This document shows, in pieces, positions 40,456-52,910 of a stretch of 64,000 nt of DNA. The notes beneath the pieces were generated by a model that saw only the letters and a program-made list of their open reading frames with translations, was not told the DNA's origin and ran no database searches. The position numbers were made by a program, and so were the translations under genes. The number at the start of each line of letters is the position of its first letter. The stretch's first letter is position 1. The stretch is from Harriotta raleighana (Eukaryota), in contig JBNZDD010013730.1 in assembly GCA_050575255.1 (NCBI GenBank), positions 3,671,538 through 3,735,537 of the forward strand, read 5' to 3'.

Positions 40456-42689
40456 GAAGCTGCAACCATTACTTCTTCATGACGTTTTAACAAGCCCTTA
40501 ACCAGCTAAGTTAGCTTTTCATCCACTTGATCATTAGAAACCATCGCTCTGATTTCTGAGGAAAACTAGGAGTAGCATTAAAACACACTTGATCTGTATG
40601 TCCTTGTAATCGCTTCAACATTCCACCCAATTTACACACCGTCATAATTTTCATTTAAGGTTAGGAATGCTCTGATCTGTTACACATAACAGTTTTGCCA
40701 CTATAAACGCAGTATTTTTTGTCCTGTAACAATATTTCATTTTAAATATAAAACAGCAGTGTCTCTATGTTATTTTTGAAAGATCGTTTGGGCCATTACG
40801 AAAAGTGCATGGGATTTGACAGAGAATGTAGAGACCTGTTGATACAGATGCAGCTGTCATTACATGTATCCCTCTCTAAATGGGCCAACAGCCAAATCCA
40901 CTGAAAAAAAAATTGACTGTGTTGTTTCATGTTTCCACTCATTCTTTTCCAGGATGTAGGACATCTAATAAGCTAGAAGCACCCTCACATCAGGGACATT
41001 GACACATATTAAACTGGCATTGTCAAGTTTAGACTTTATATCCCCAACCGATGAACAAAGGCTGATCATTTTACTCTAAATATGTGATTTCTGCTAGAGG
41101 GTAAATAATTACGGAAACATTAAAGTAGAATTGTTTCATTAAGTTTTAATTAGTGCGAATTTGAATATTCAGATTCATTCCCATCAATTGGATTTAATCA
41201 GATTTGGATCACAAAGTAATGTATTGTTCCCAGTACTCTATCCACAAAACATTATACAGAAATAGTTGCAGGTAAATCTAATCATGTCCTATATTTCTAT
41301 ACACATATGTGTTAAAAATGTATGATCCCGAATGTGTACTACATTGAAAGATGAAGAGCACCAATAGAAGATATAACGGGAAATAAGTTGCAGTCATTTT
41401 CAAATGATTTCACTGCATTTAGAAAATAATTAGAAGAGTTTTAGTGCAGAGGTGAAAGGATACACAGGAACACATCGAGTTGTATTTTGGTATGGCTTAG
41501 GAATGCTGTACTGATCCCTGCACTGATTTCTCGAATTGAGGATGAAAGCAAATGCAGATTTCCTTCTACTGCACCCTTCCCAGCCCGTTTCACAGCAGAT
41601 TGTTGGGGATTGCTGGACACAGGTCACTGCTTCATACTGGTGTGTGTTCTACAGGGAAATCTAGATGCTCTTTAAATCTAAATAACTTAATGAATTATCT
41701 ATCCGCCATGAAATTGTATTTCCGCTACAATTTAATAAGTAGCCATGACTACCACATTCCCACGGACCATGGATGCTCTTAGAAAGATTGCTTTGGATGC
41801 TACCCTCACATTGATAGATGCGCAACAGTGACTCCAGGTAACAGCAGAGATGATTCACTATTTAATCTTCATATCTCCGCTTGAGCGTATTTTCATAAAT
41901 TAAAATGTTAAGTTCTTTTTATTAAGCTTTAATAAGGGAGGCCATAAAAAGCACAGGAAGTTATAATTTAATAATATCTATTACGAATGGTATTCCCTAA
42001 ACAGCCAAAGCAATGAACGCTTTACATTGTGAAAATGCTGTTTCTAAAAGATTGTCCATCCTCCACCTCTTCATTTATCTTTCTCTACGCGGATTTCATG
42101 CCACTGAAGGATTTCTGCACCACCAACTCTTCCCTCAGGCAATGATTAATGTGGTTTCTTTATATTTCTAACAAGACACGTGTAAGAACACTACAGGGTA
42201 CAGAGCTAATTGTACACCAAATAAACAATAGCTTCTAACTCTTCTGTCTCAATATCAGATATCATTTATTTTCCAAAGAAGGAACTCCAGTCACCTAGAG
42301 TGAAACCTATTCTAATGCCTGCTTTAGTTTATGACACTGTGGGGGTGTGGGGGTTGGGGGGGGGAGGGAGCGGGGGGGTGAAGAAAGCCAGGGCAGACTA
42401 TTTTAGTGTTGGTTTTGGAGTTCACTCATGCAATCAGTAGCAGCACTGTCGTCGATCACAAATCAACTTTGCAAACAGTGTCCTGTTCTAGGGTGTCCTA
42501 GAAGCTGAGTTACCTCCTCATTTTACAAACAACAGGTTGGACAGCATCCTACGTGTTGGGTAACATCTAAGAGGGTTATCAGCAACCAGACGCTGCATTC
42601 TTAGCATTGGACAAAATGTATATTGGACAAAAATCTTGTTTGTGACTTCACCGAGGCTGGCTAAATAGAGGTGAGGCAACAAAATCATA

Positions 42690-42850
42690 TAATAATAATA
42701 ATAATCCTTGCATTTGATATAGCGGATTTCACATCTTCTAGACGTGTCAAAGGGCTTCACAGAATATACTGTAAAGTGAATTGACTGTATATTTGTGGGT
42801 GAAACGCGGCAGCCAATTGCACACAACAGGGTCCCACACAAACAGTTGTG
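42690..42850 (-). mobile_element. SINE 3' half
   Basis: (AAT)n-ccttgcatttgatatagcg...gcagccaattgcacacaac. Confidence 0.88.
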
Positions 42851-43356
42851 ATTATAGTCAGATGGGAGGTTATCCTGCTACTGAATAGCATAGAAAGTAC
42901 TATCATAATGCAACAGCTGTTGTTGGACATCAATCAACAAGCTCGACTGCCTCTCCACCTCCAGGCTGGCAGAGAGTGGAAGGGAGGGGACTACGGAAAT
43001 TGAGGAAATGAAACCATCAATATGTAGCCAGCACGACTGTGCTTAAAGATTGCACTGAATGGTGAAGCGCTCCTGGGAAGCCTCCATTGAAGGTCCACAT
43101 CCTGAAGCTCAAGGTGCCTCCGCTCTGGAGCACAGAGTGAGGAAGCCTGAGGGCCAAACCGTCACCAATCAAAACAAGCGCACTCACAGCAACCTCGCTG
43201 GAATAGAGGACTATTCCAGGGCANAGAAGCAATGGGGAGGGCACAGAAGCAATGGGGGTGGTGTTATTGAGAACTGTTTGTAGGGATTTAGAGGCATGGG
43301 TCACTCAGGTTAGATTTTGAAGGCTGGAACTCTGGCAATACTTTCAACAACTGAGT

Positions 43357-43470
43357 AATAATAATAGTACTAATAATAATCCTTCTATTTGATAGAGCGT
43401 TTTCCACATCTTATCGGCATCTCACAGGGCTTCACGGAATACACTGTAAAGTGAATTGACTGTATATTTG
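43357..43470 (-). mobile_element. SINE 3' fragment
   Basis: aatccttctatttgatagagcg...cactgtaaagtgaattgactgtatatttg. Confidence 0.82.
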
Positions 43471-44649
43471 TAGCCCTTTACCTTCACAATAGTCACTCCG
43501 CATTTTGGGGGGTGGGGGGGGGAAGGGGGGGAGGAGGTCAGAAAAACAAAGTGCCCTAAGAATTGTTGGACTACTTTAGTAGGACCAGCTAATCAGTCGT
43601 TCATTATTCAGTAATAAGAAACCCATAGCTGCAGTAAACAGAGACTGAAACAAACTCACAAGACCACATCTGGCCTCGTGAATCCTTTTCTAAGATGGAA
43701 GCACCACAGTAAAAAGGAGTCGATAAAACGTGCCCAAAATGGCTGAGGAAGGCGAGAGCAAAATTAGCAAATATGCAAAGCTGCTTGGCTTGAAAATATA
43801 AAAGATCACAAAGTCAGACATCTCGTGTGGTCACACAAAGGTGCAAAAAAAAAAGCTTCCTCCAACTTCATGAAGTGAGAAATTACCATGCTGACTGGCG
43901 GTGAGCCTGCCAAATAAATAAAACTGCTATTACGGTATTTCTGACAAGGAATTCAGGCCGGCGTTGGGAACTTTGAAGTTCTGGTGATGACTAATTGTGG
44001 TCAGAGGCATAAAACATGATTTTTTAAAATAAAAACAGTCTTTTTCACAATCAAACACAATTACTCTCTCTCCGCACTGCTAATAGCATGAGCAGTTTCT
44101 AATTCCATATTTTGGGTGTGAACCGTATAGCAAATATCTCGCAATGACCTGTTGAGAAATGTCATAGCCAGCAGGGATTTATGGTAAATATCTCCACAAG
44201 CAAATTATAGACAGCTTCAAAAGTGGAGATAATGAGCAAATCTCAATGCCAGCCATGGCATGTTTTATTTATGGGACATGTTTAAAATATAATCTTTAAA
44301 TAAATGTAGGTTTTTACGACTTCACAAGAGTGAAGATACAAAAAGTTTGCTCTAACTTTCCAGACCACAAAAGGCAGGTAGCTGATGCCAAAGAAATATT
44401 CCATTACTCAACCAACCAACTCACTAGTCTATTGTCTACTGAGCATCCCTTCTTTTAAAAAAAAATCTGTTTATTTTCATTTTTATACATAGAAAAAAAC
44501 AACTGAAGCTTTCATAGACCAAGATGTAGCCCACACACTCATGTTAGCTTTTTCAGCATAAAGAAACGGAACATTTTAGATTTTAAAAATAGTTGGTACT
44601 CAATATCAATTAAAACTAGGAAGATAGTCTCATTTTTGGGTGTTGTCCA

Positions 44650-46543
44650 ACACATCTCAGGGATGTGACAACCCTTTGGTAAACTTTAGTTTGTTTAATT
44701 TCCATACCAGATAAGACATCAGCACATTTTTGAACCTTATCCTGTTAAATAAATGAAAGCATCTACAGTTGGCTGGAGAAATGCTGGGATTTAGGTTTTA
44801 AAGGTTTTAATTGCTTTCTGGTGAGATGCACTGGGTGAGATTGGTGTCTGAGGCCCTGCTGTGTTTGATTAATGTCACAAACCCTTCTCTCACCCATTCC
44901 TATTGGTTACTTGGATGGTTTATACATTAACATCGTTCAAAGTGCCAAATTGCACAGATTTTGTTTTTTTGCTTCTGGATCTTTTATGGGTATTGCGACG
45001 GTTATGAAAATAGGATTCATTTCTGATGAACCAGGCATATTACAAATGGTACAAACTTCCTTGCAAATTAAATGTGAAAAGCTCTTTAAATCTTGATTGA
45101 TTTGTGTAGGACTGTGGATTTTTCATTTAGCTCTTTCTTTTGCTTTTGCTGTTTGGTCTGTAAAAGTGCTTTGGAAGTAATCACTCGTCAGGCCACAAAT
45201 ATTCATCTTTATCACTGGCGGTGGGGCACTGAGCAACTGCACAGAGCTTTTGAATGATGCAAAGATACCAGCGAAGATCACAAAAACAAAAGCCACCAAA
45301 ACTGGTCTCAGTGAAGCAAAGTCTCTTAATTTTTAATGATTCCTCCAGCAGACACAGAATACAGAACCAGATACTGCTGCCCAGCTTTGAGAAAATGAGT
45401 ACACTGAAGGCCAGAGCCAAGAATTGCATAAGAGATGCAAGCTTTGCCTTTGGGGAAACTGAAAATCAGTATTATGTGATGCAGCACTATAACAGTTTGT
45501 AAAAAATTGATTGGAAGCTTCAATTTTCCATTTTCTTGAGCAATATCAATGTCCCCAGTTAAGCTGCACACTCCAAATAGATTTGTGGATATTCAATATT
45601 TTTCTAACAAAAAAGGCAAGCGTGTGCATGAAGGCAACAAAAAAATGTTTCATTCTTTTACTGTGTAACCTGAATTCCCCATTGTTAGAGGCAAACAAAA
45701 CTTCAGAAATAATTTGGGAAAAATAAAACACACTTTAAACACTCGAAGCTATCAAATCAGTTCCTCTTTCATTCTATCTGAATGCCAAAACTACCAAGAA
45801 GTCTAAAGGGTTTTTTGTGTATTTCCAGATAATACGCAAAGTAGCAACTGTGATTCTTAATATTTTCTGGCATTCAAGTCTCCTAACTAGAAGTGTGACT
45901 AGCAAGCAATATGAAAAATGGCTCCTCTCCAAATCTTCTATCAGTTGAGGGTCCAGAACAGTGAGAAATCTCAATTTTTCGAAAAGGTCAGACCTGTCCA
46001 TACACCCCACCAAAACCTGCCCCCATCGCACTGAGAATTGATTGAATTTTTATCGATAATCCGCTGATTTTAGTTTATTAAATTTGCAGTTTTTCTGCTT
46101 CAGCTGCTCAATCAAAAAACCCACACTTTAAACACTTGAACACATGTATAACTTGGAAGGAATCAAAGCGGTATTTCTTTGCTCTTCCACCACTTATGGT
46201 CCCTAGCAGACAGTGTGAGCTGGGCTGCGGAATGTCTTCCTGGACATCATCAATGTCGCTCACTTCAGAAAGCAAGAGGTTGCTGAATACCAAACTATTG
46301 ATGTCTATATTCCATCCCAGTGAGATTGAGCATTCACCATCACGAGGGTTTCCATCTAGCAGCCCAGAACAGATGCAACTTACTCCCAGCAGTGGCAAGG
46401 AGGATCGAGGGATAGGCAGCCCTGGGATATGAAACCACAACCATCTGGTTCGGAAACAAACATATTGGGCCTTCTCCAATATGACTAGCTTGAGCAGTTC
46501 TTACCTGGTCCATCAGGCAGGGTTACAGAGGCAGATCTTGTAT
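44650..46543 (-). pseudogene. KCTD19: KCTD19-like pseudogene, 3' block (further BTB modules plus C-terminal domain), with many stops and frameshifts
   Basis: Starts at a pyrimidine-rich acceptor (..tcttcctccgatataag|AT) in phase with the upstream donor. Observed peptides, with recalled KCTD19 in brackets: PGK; VVVSYPRAA..AGSKLHL (LVKYPDSA..DGSRLYI); DSFQVIHVF (YSPQQIIKVY); VRWGQVLVGCMDRSDLFEKLRFL ([23 protein letters not shown]); GKLKLPINF (GKLFLPSEF); IQKLCAV (MQKLISL); KDPEAKKQNLCNLA (KDPKAITAKVVSLA); KVQKCADVL (KYGRCMDLL). The 3' end is approximate. Confidence 0.72.
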
Positions 46544-46971
46544 CTTATATCGGAGGAAGAAAAATGACTATTTACATTTTGATAGGCAGCGAATTAAGTC
46601 ATTGTGGGCACTAAATGTGCAGTATTATTGGACCAACTTAGGCATAGTGCACAGAGACACGTACTCTAGAGAGGGTAAAATAAAATCTCTACCAATATAA
46701 TCTTTAATGCACATTATTCAATAGCCTCATGAGGTCAGACATAGCAATTTACAAAACATTACAAAACAGTATGATCACTTTGAAAATAGCTCAGAATGCA
46801 CTTTAGGTAGAAGTCTGCGGGCAAAGTCAAAACTGACAGACCAGAGAATTTGTTACTTAAAGTAAATTCTGAATAGCATTTTCAACTTTACTTATTGTTT
46901 CTTTATGTTTCTTTTTTGTCACTACTTAGACAATTTTAAAATGATGTTGCTGTACTTACTGCAGTATATAG

Positions 46972-47258
46972 AGTCCTGTAAAGTGTTGGTTCGAGCACTT
47001 CACTCGCAAGTGAGAGCCCCTGAGCGTTTTGGTGCATAATTTTTCCAGAGATACTAAATGCCCCCACAAGAAAGGATCAACAAAAAATAAAAATAATTTC
47101 AACACTCAATCTACGACTATTGGTGGGAAACACTGTTGATTGCAAATAGCTGCCAATTTTGCCCACAAAATTTACAGTCAGTTCATTTTACAGTATATAT
47201 TCTGCTTTGAGACATCTCGGACATATAAGGTGCTGTATCAAATCAAGAATTATTACTA
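46972..47258 (+). mobile_element. Same SINE family, diverged copy inside the KCTD19-like intron
   Basis: gagtcctgta...cgagcactt..cgcaagtgagag...gcccacaaaatttacagtcagttcatttta. Confidence 0.7.
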
Positions 47259-48342
47259 TAACATAAATACAAACATCAGGATAAACACCTTATTTTAATG
47301 AGTGCGCTATGTAAATCTTTGCATTATAATGAATTATTCACATGTCCTGTAAGCTTAAAGCAGAGTCTAATGCTCCTCATAGCATCAGTCCTTTGCTATC
47401 ATACCACACGGTAACCCACTGATAAATATAAAAACTGCCCTACCATAAGCAATCAGCAACAACAACAAAAAAGCATGTCAGATTGCTTAGTAATAATTGT
47501 TCTGATCTCCCGACATTGACTTTTTAAAAAAACTATTTATAATGTCACTATTGAAATTTGGGCAGTCAAAAATAGAGGCTCAAATAAATACAAACCATAC
47601 TAGATAAACTGTCTAGATAAACAGAATCCATCCTCCATAAACTTTGCACTGAGTCTAACAATCCCTATAGATTACAATTAACTAACCTGATAGAAGATCA
47701 ATCTGGGCATACATTATTCCTTTGTTAAAGAATACAGAGTATATATAGTGTATAATAAATATATTTATATATGTATATACAGTATAAACCAGAATGTTCG
47801 GTAATTTCCTCACCCAAATTCTACATACAATTTCCAGTCCTGGTTATAAACTAGCTTTAGATTCCAAACTGGAACAGGGAAACCCACGGAGTAGAAAAAC
47901 TCAGAAAGGTCTAATTGGATTTAAAGTGCTTTGTGGAATTTTCTTTTTGTTAAAATCTTCTGATTAGAAAATCTTTTTAATCTTCAAAAAATGTCTTTCT
48001 TCTACGTTTCTTGGCACTGTATGATTTTTTTTTTAACATCTATACCAAGGATCACTAAAAAAGAAGTCCCAACTGTGCATAGGAACAGATTCCTTTTTTG
48101 TACATAATCTTAAAACGCTGAAAACTTTCTTCTCCACGGTCTTAAAAAAAATCCTTGTAGTGGAATATCTAACAGCAATAAGATCAACCCCTTGAAAGTA
48201 CACCACGGCTCCCGTTTCTGTTAATTACTTGGGCTGTTATTCATTCAATCAAGTAAAGATCAATTTTTGGAAACAAAATGGTTTGGGCAAAACAAGTAAA
48301 TGCAAGGAAAAGGGAAAAGAAATGACAGGCCCCAGGATTCAC

Positions 48343-49206
48343 CTGTCATCATCCAGTTTAGCTCTTAATGAGATCTTTTCTATTCTCGGTCACATCTGAT
48401 TTGTTTTATAGGAGTCCCTTTGAACAGCTGGGAGTTATCGAGCTTCCTTTGATCCTAAAATTTTAAATCAGAAATTGCTCTTTGCCCCTTTCCTAATACC
48501 ATTTTTAATACATTTGTTTATTTCCCAGAATATGTTTAAATGTATATTTAGAACCAGGAAAATTGACTACTTATATCCTCTGTAAATGTATTCATTAACA
48601 TTGATAAATTAAACAAAGAGAAAAAGCGTTGCCACAAGAAGCCTTATATCTTTTGATGGGAGCTTTCTAATGATGACCCTTGGCATGCTTGGACACATGG
48701 GACTTGTCGGAGAAGAATCTGATGAAAATTAGTCTATTCTCATTTCAAACAGAATTTTGCTGAACTCCTGATCAGAGCCACAGCATGGAGTCCAGAGAGA
48801 CAACACACGCTACTTGATTTACTGGGCTGCCTCCCTCCCCTGGTAATTGTTGCTGGAACATGCAGTGACATGACTGTAGGATGTGAGGGGTCTGAATGTA
48901 CTGAGGCTGTTACTCCCAGTTTAAAGATTTAAACCATAAGGGTATGATATGGGTCTTTTGATGTGTGCTGAGCGCAGAGTCTGGGCATAGAGAAGGGGAG
49001 AGGGCAGCACCAGAAAACAATCATCTTTTGGAGTCACAGTAAGACAGGAGTAGTTGGAAAAATCTAAGTCTCAGCATAGACACTCAACAAAGGGTAGATG
49101 AAAGCTTTAGGGTGAAGACAGGGCCAGATCTGGCTGTGAGGTAGATCTTACAAAAAAAAACACAACTCGAGCCTCCAACATCCAGGATGACTTTTTTGTC
49201 ACACAT
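48343..49206 (-). pseudogene. KCTD19: KCTD19-like pseudogene, 5' block (first two BTB/T1-like modules), with frameshifts and stops
   Basis: Colinear peptides in shifting frames from the ATG at 49206: MCDKKVILDVGG, VRSTSQPDLAL, FFQLLLSYCDSKR, LLYAQTL, NL*TGSNSLSTFRP..VTACSSNNYQ, LSGLHAVAL, NFRIKGSSITP, WMMT. These resemble human KCTD19 as recalled: FNVGG, PRSKLSQFPDSLL, FRHVHYYLYTSK, LLYEQAL, NLKEGKHHLRVRP..VAERASLNYW, FTGLHDKAPL, NFLRSQKILLP, WYRMNM. The block ends at a phase-1 G|GTGAAT donor. Confidence 0.7.
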
Positions 49207-51221
49207 TGTTTCATTAGAGAAGACTGTCAGCAAAAATTTGACTACATTCAAGTACACTGTGCAAGATAGCATGCTCTTATTTTACCTGCATTCATTTCCA
49301 TGCACAATTCTTTTGAAACGAATACACTAAATATTTCACCTTTATTTACAGTGTCATGTTATTTCCTAACCAAACAGCTTCACTATGAATACAGCTGAGA
49401 TAAGATCAGTGTAATGTCAGGTTTTCTGAATGACTGCTGTCAGCTAAAATGCTGTGCCTCAATGCTACTTGATCATTGCACATCTCGAAGCTGGTGGGTC
49501 ATAGAAGAAGCAAAATAAGTGCGTTACAGCACTAGTTGCTTTTATTTTATCATACTTCAGGGCTAACAAGGTGCAGCAGAATGCTCATCACAAAATCAAT
49601 AAAACCATATTGTACCTAGCAGTTACCCATTATTGAATTAAATTCATACGCCAACATAAACAATAAATGAAACAAAACCAACAAGGGATCCATTGGCTTT
49701 ATTTGATTTCGCCTGCCAGTGAATGGGAATACAGACAGTGTGTAATTTAATGCAAACTGTGGCTTCTCCTGGTCATGCATTCAACTGACCCTCAGGGCAA
49801 GTCCATCAATTTCCTATTAAAGATCAGAAGCCCGACATATCAAAGTCAACATCTACCTGAATAACTTGAGTAACTTGCCTGTAATTCTTGTGTGTGTTCT
49901 GCATTGTATTTGTGGTGATTTCTCAGAAAGGAGCTATAGTAGTTTGCAAACCGTGACCTGAAAAGCGTTGAATATGAAATAAAGAATTGCAGTTTGATCT
50001 CTCTGTGGTATAAGAGATGGATTTTCCCTTAATGTAAACTGCAGAGTTCTAAACAGCTCAGTAATAGAAGGGTTTTAGAAATGAAGCTATCGAATTCTCT
50101 CTGTAAATTATGAGGAAAATCATTTAAAAATAAATCGGTGGATAAATGTAAACAAATTACATTAAAGCTATCATTTGTATAATTGATAGGAACATTCAAT
50201 CGGTTTGCATTCAACACAAGAATATCCTGGCAAGCAAGTAAATATCAAAGATAAATAAAGCTAACAAAATGTAGTATTATGTCAATTGTTTGAATTCTGC
50301 GAGAATTTACTGTCAAATCAAAAAGGAAATCTCATTTACTTTTAAAACATCATTCCAAGCTGGACATGGGAGGGTAAAGTTTAAATAGCACCTGAAACTA
50401 TATGAGCAAGAAGATGATTACTTTAACGAGTAATTTTTGAGTCATCAAAACATATTAATGTGGACAACTATTCTATTGTTGATAAAACATGCATATGAAT
50501 AGCAACGGAGGAGAATCTGAGTTTTAGGGCCATGGAGCTTTTAAGCATTAAAAAAAGGAAATGCCTAATAGTGTTTCTTGAACACTTTATTAACAAGCAA
50601 TTAAGGCTAATTAACTGATGCTGGAAGCAAATTAAAATGGGAAATCTGATTTTATTTTAATCAGAGACCTTAAAACATTTAATGCTAGTCTGAGCCAGTG
50701 AAACCTCTCCAATGTGTTTTCTATGGCTTTAGTGCTTTGTGGTGGACAGTCAACTGTTGGAACGTGATATTTATTCTCTTAGTAAAAGCCACAATTGGAT
50801 CAGAAGAGAGAGATGAGCAAGAATGCAGGGTCCACATGCAAAAACCTCCCATTCACAGGAGGAGGTGCATAAACCCAGACAATCATACCAAGGAGCAATG
50901 TTCATGTTAAAACTCTCCACAACTCTCTCTGGCAGCACTATGTACTAGCAAGAGACGTGAGTATCCTCAATGGTCAAGATCACTCTTCCCTTTGGCAACG
51001 AAGGCCATTGCATTCTTTAACTAATTGGCAATGTATCCCCTTCTGGAGATTTACTGAGCATCAGCCAAAGTTCAAAGTTGCAAAACCATTCCAACATGTG
51101 ACAGAAGACCCATTGAGGAGGGCTGGGTAGAAATAAGTTCAGAGCACTTTAGCCAATATCTAATTCTCCACACACTTTACTGTGCTTTGGATCATTTCAA
51201 TGCTTCAATTTTATCTTAGAT

Positions 51222-51325
51222 TTTTCCCACAAATATACAGTCAATTCACTTTACAGTGTATTCTTTGAGACGTCTTGAAGATATGAAAAGCGCAATATCA
51301 AATGCAAGGATTATTGTTATTGTAT
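51222..51325 (+). mobile_element. SINE 3' fragment
   Basis: cccacaaatatacagtcaattcactttacag...aatgcaaggattattg. Confidence 0.85.
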
Positions 51326-51799
51326 TAGATGTACCTGCAAAATCTACAAAGGACTTTATGGGCTTATAGTGGGAAAAACCTCAGTTGGAAGCTCCATAAA
51401 CATACTACTGATCAGAGAATCATCGCTAAAGAGTGCAATTTTCAATATATACTATTTATATGTTATCATTATTATTTATTACTGATTCTTTATAGTCACG
51501 GAAACTTCATTATAAACAAGCCCACACTACAACCATATACAGTAAAGAAATCACAATGACAATAATAAATATGTTTTTTTGTTGCAAAATATAAATGCTT
51601 GGTGCACTTGTCTCATGTTAGACGTGTACATTTCCCCCACTCTGTATCTGCTGTACTTCAATACATCTGGCAGCCAGTGAGGGTTACAACAATAGCTGGG
51701 AAGTTTCAACGGAATTGAAGGGATACAAGGTGGATGTGCTCCGAGACATTATCTGGAGTGAAGGGCGCTATATACAGTAAATGCAAGTTCTTACTCTTG

Positions 51800-52400
51800 T
51801 TGGAACCACAAGTGATCCCTGATGGTGGTATGTCAGCACACAAAGTACCAGAAGCTAATGCTATAGAGTGCCTTCAAACGCAACAGCTCCAGATAAGTGG
51901 CGAGACCGCAATCCCATGAGGTACCAGTTGGAGATTTTAGCACCTATATCTCTGAGGTTCCATACATGCCAATCGGGGATAGGCTGTGCTCAACTGAACT
52001 GTCCGAGAGCGGGCAACGCTGAATTTCTATGAGATCCCAAAGATGATCCCTAATGGCTGACTGCAGCACTTTGAAGATTTTCAAGAACAGTAATGATAGC
52101 TCCTTAGAAGCCTTTTGAAAGACGACAGTTGTGAGGTCATTCATGAGCGAAGCCGCAGAGTGCTCAGTTTCTTGGTGTCAGCATGTGCCACCTCAGCCAA
52201 CCTCTCATTATGTATGGAATGGAAGGAACCTTTCATGTAATGAAGTAATTTGTCCATCATAATATGCATTACGCCAGAAGATTGTAAAAAAAATTCTACG
52301 GCTGCTCTAATGCTTTGGCATTGAAGACCAACAATGTATCTCCAGATCTCTGCCAGTGGGTATAAATCTTTCTTCAAAGCCCTCTTAAGAATTCTCTAAC
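51800..52400 (-). pseudogene. Decayed coding-like block of uncertain origin (possible bornavirus-N-like EVE)
   Basis: Two abutting ORFs (52141-52377 and 51944-52144) with protein-like composition. A frameshift-joined motif IFxKCCSQPLGIIFGIS*KF lies at 52021-52078. Confidence 0.3.
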
Positions 52401-52535
52401 TGTGATTTTAGTCAACACCTTCTAATTCCCTCTCCTCATGTACTACTTTGTGTGCTGCTAATAAATGCTCTACAAAAAAATCATCTTAACTCTAAAATGG
52501 AATGGATCCCAAACTAAATGAACAATAGGGAAATG

Positions 52536-52910
52536 TGGAGTCCTGTAGCTCAGTGGGTAGAGAACTCGCCTTACAAGCGAGAGGCCTGGGTTNCAGAATA
52601 TACTGTAAAGTGAATTGACTGTATATTTGTGGGCGGAGTGGAGCTCAGTGGGTAGAGAACTCGCCTTACAAGCGAGAGGCCTGGGTGCGATTTCTAGGCA
52701 GGGTGAAACATTGGGAAAGTTTCCTTCCTCCACCTCCCTCAAAAAAAATTAAGTTGATTATTTCAATCTGCAACTGTTTGTGGACACTGCAGTGCGCAAT
52801 TGGCTGCCGCATTCCCCCACAAATACACAGTCAATTCACTTTACAGTTTATTCTGTGAAGCACTTTGAGAAGATGTGAAAAGCGCTATATCAAATGCAAG
52901 TATTATTATT
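52536..52910 (+). mobile_element. Same SINE family, with the head duplicated across an N
   Basis: Head at 52536-52592, N at 52593, inverted core piece, then a second head and the full body. Confidence 0.88.

Noticed and set aside
43218-43257. 20-bp tandem duplication
   Set aside because: It contains the N at 43224 and is probably an assembly or consensus artefact.
46136-46432. 98-aa Ser-rich plus-strand ORF
   Set aside because: It is the antisense shadow of the KCTD19-like coding relic.
52536-52686. SINE with doubled head and internal inversion as a novel chimeric element
   Set aside because: The duplicated head is identical on both sides of N 52593, so it is most likely an assembly misjoin.
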